Assembly (NCBI RefSeq): GCF_041956535.1
Contig: NW_027192211.1
Coordinates: 10,181-72,665 of the forward strand
Reading direction: 5' to 3'
DNA from: Calcarisporiella thermophila CBS 279.70
Lineage: Eukaryota; Fungi; Calcarisporiellomycota
DNA: 62,485 nt
Below the pieces are notes generated by a model. The model was given only the letters and a program-made list of their open reading frames with translations. It was not told where the DNA came from and searched no databases. Both the position numbers and the translations under genes were made by a program. Positions 60,301 through 62,485 of the stretch are shown here, piece after piece. How positions within the stretch are numbered: the first letter of the stretch is position 1; every line of letters begins with the position of its first letter.

Positions 60301-60340
60301 ACACATCACCATTTAGACACATCACCATTTAGACACCACC
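60301..60340. repeat. Short tandem duplication, 16-bp unit about 2.5 times
   Basis: ACACATCACCATTTAG ACACATCACCATTTAG ACACCACC. Confidence 0.8.
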
Positions 60341-60810
60341 TTATGGCCCAACCTCACACCCTTGGTGACTTTTGTGACGGCTTATGCACCCATTTGTTTA
60401 TAACAGGCAGTTTGGTACAGTCTATGCCATGATCAGCACACTAGTCGGTGCCCCACTACAACTTTCAAACAGTCACGCCAGGCCAGCCATTTGCAGGAGA
60501 CCCACATTTCTAGTGCAGAGAAGCACGTGATTAATGCAGGATTTGTTTGGTTTACATTAGCTCGACACCTTTGTTTTGGAGCGCTCTATTACTGTGAAGA
60601 TCTAAAGACCTCCATGTAGATAATCTTTTTCTATTTCATACACATATTAAGAGCCAAATAGATACTACAATATATCAATGGAAAAACGACGGATTCCAAG
60701 TATATATCGCCCTCAACGCATATATTATCGCTGGAATTCTTCCATTAATAGGTTTAAAAAACAAATATCATTGTTTGAAACACGAAGAGTTCTATAGGAA
60801 CTGTACACAA

Positions 60811-61778
60811 TTAGAGTTGCTTCTTGATCAGAGAGGGAGAGCCGTTTATACGCAGGTGAATAAAGGCCCCCAATTCGTAAACTGCGGCGGCAATCGTGGC
60901 TCCAAAGAAATAAAAGATGGATCGCTGAGTGCCACTCATTTGGCCCAAGAAAGGATATGCCTAAAGAAGAAGCAGAGAAGGGCATAAGTTAATTGGATTC
61001 AATCAAAAGCAATTCACGACTCCCTTACCCAAAATCCATTTTTGAGATAACAGAAGTGAGCCCAGGATCCTAAGAGAGATTCAAAATAGAAAAAATTGCA
61101 ATTTAAATACGGGGGCAAGCTACTTTGTTTGCGCGTCCATCTTACCATAGCAGAAGGCAACGATATAGATAAACAAGATATGGCGGTTTTGTCGAATGAA
61201 GTTCTTGGAGAATACCAGAAAGTCGATCCAGATGAAGACAGCAGGGAATAGATGAAGGCTTAGATCAAATAAAAAAGGGATTCTATGAAAATGAAATACG
61301 CGATCAGCCTACAAAATAAGGGAGAAAGAGGAACAAAGAATGGATTGAATTATTACTCTGGCATATCCGGGTGTTTAAGCAGTTCCCTGTCGTAAAGTGA
61401 TATAGACCAGTATAAGACCGTGATAACGCTTTCAAGGGCAATTCCAATCACAAGCAGGAATTCGCTCAAACTCTTCAAGCCTTCAAAGACGTAGCAAGGT
61501 GTAAGAGAAACAAGGGCCTCAAGTAAAAGGATGACTCGGACAAGCTTACCTTTGATTTCACCGGTTAAATCTACCAACAGTGCGATCACAAATGCAATTA
61601 ATGAGAGCAGCAAGCCGAGAATGGTTAGAAAGATGTAGTGAGATCCAAAGCTCCGCGTAATTTTGGGATTATTGACAGTGGAGAGAATATAGAATGACCA
61701 GGAAAAGGATAGGATTCCAATTAGATGAAGGAAAATGCGATAGCCATTTCTCATGTTTGTTTGCTGAACGCCTGTCAT
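60811..61778 (-). CDS. AIG1/FAR-17a (ADTRP-like) membrane hydrolase family; about 5 exons
   Basis: FGSHYIFLTILGL (catalytic-Thr region); LESVITVLYWSI..DRELL; DLSLHLFP (His); NGFW|AYPFL. Confidence 0.88.
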
Positions 61779-62373
61779 GGAGTTGAAAGGAATCGGAAAA
61801 CGGAAGAATGTAGGAGACGGGCCTTGTGAGGGAACGAAATTTAAATATTGCCTTACCACCGAAACCTGTCGACCTAATTTGTCATTCTTCCACGGGGAGG
61901 AGATTTCATTTATCCGTTTGCCACATTTTTACGTCATAAGTACGGGCAGGATTGAAGATGGATTGATACGTATGAAATCTTACCCTAATGGGAAACCTCG
62001 GGGGAAGAGTTGGATGGAATTGAGGATGCAAACGGGGCAAGAGGGCTGAGGGGGAACAGGAGAGCGACCATCCAGCTGCAATTGGATTATGTGGTTTGGA
62101 CGCTTTGGATTATGCATTCCCCGCCTTCAATCAGGTATGCTGGAGGGTGTACGGGGAGACTCAGGGTACGGGGAGACAGGAATTAGATGTAGAGCCTTTA
62201 TTTGTATAGAAGATCAACAACATTTTTTACTTCTTTTTAGAAATAAAGACAGAAAAAAAATAACCAAGATTATCTCAAAATGAAAAATAGAGAAAAATAA
62301 TGATTAGAGAATAAAGAGGGGAGAAAAGGTTGCTAATATAAAATATGAGTTCAAAGAGAAATAATAGAATACT

Positions 62374-62485
62374 TAATAGTGTTTAATGTATGCGCCCTCA
62401 GGACCCTGTTTGGAGATATCCGAATTGTCACCTGGGCCGTTGGCCTTGGTGTTGGCATTACGGTTCTCTGAATCTTGTGGGTTAG
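62374..62485 (-). CDS. Probable 3' end of a gene starting beyond the window
   Basis: GC-richer open frame NPQDSENRNANTKANGPGDNSDISKQGPEGAYIKHY* followed on the minus strand by pyrimidine-rich 3'UTR-like DNA. Confidence 0.3.

Noticed and set aside
60949-60960. ATATCCTTT on the minus strand, resembling a U12 intron donor
   Set aside because: Lies inside the coding AYPFL motif of the AIG1-like gene
1-62485. CRISPR arrays, tRNA/rRNA genes, intact transposons, secondary-metabolite cluster
   Set aside because: No regularly spaced repeats, cloverleaf or rRNA motifs, transposase/RT/integrase ORFs, or PKS/NRPS genes were seen by eye

Overview
Eukaryotic, intron-rich fungal genomic DNA: standard code, short GT-AG introns, AT-rich spacers. 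Gene content and intron density suggest an early-diverging, non-Dikarya fungus, probably Mucoromycota (inference). About 30 protein genes can be built, mostly by hand-splicing: subtilisin, homeodomain TF, fasciclin, She9/Mdm33, an SH3 protein, alpha-arrestin, Dal5-family MFS transporter, EMC3, EamA transporter, a beta-flanking-like protein, pepsin-like protease, DUF4097-like protein, perilipin-like protein, gephyrin/CnxE, bZIP TF, MSH5, bS21m, MRI1, GH18 chitinase and an AIG1/FAR-17a protein. The most notable part is 31.5-41.4 kb, much of it fragmented or invisible in the ORF track: a multi-exon FANCA (Fanconi anaemia core complex) homologue head-to-head with an MSP/ASH-fold protein, a stand-alone U17/snR30 H/ACA snoRNA, a vertebrate-like CENP-P, and a putative spliced RVxF micro-protein. 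No CRISPR array, tRNA, rRNA or intact transposon was seen. Family assignments come from motifs recalled from memory, not database searches, and exon boundaries are manual.
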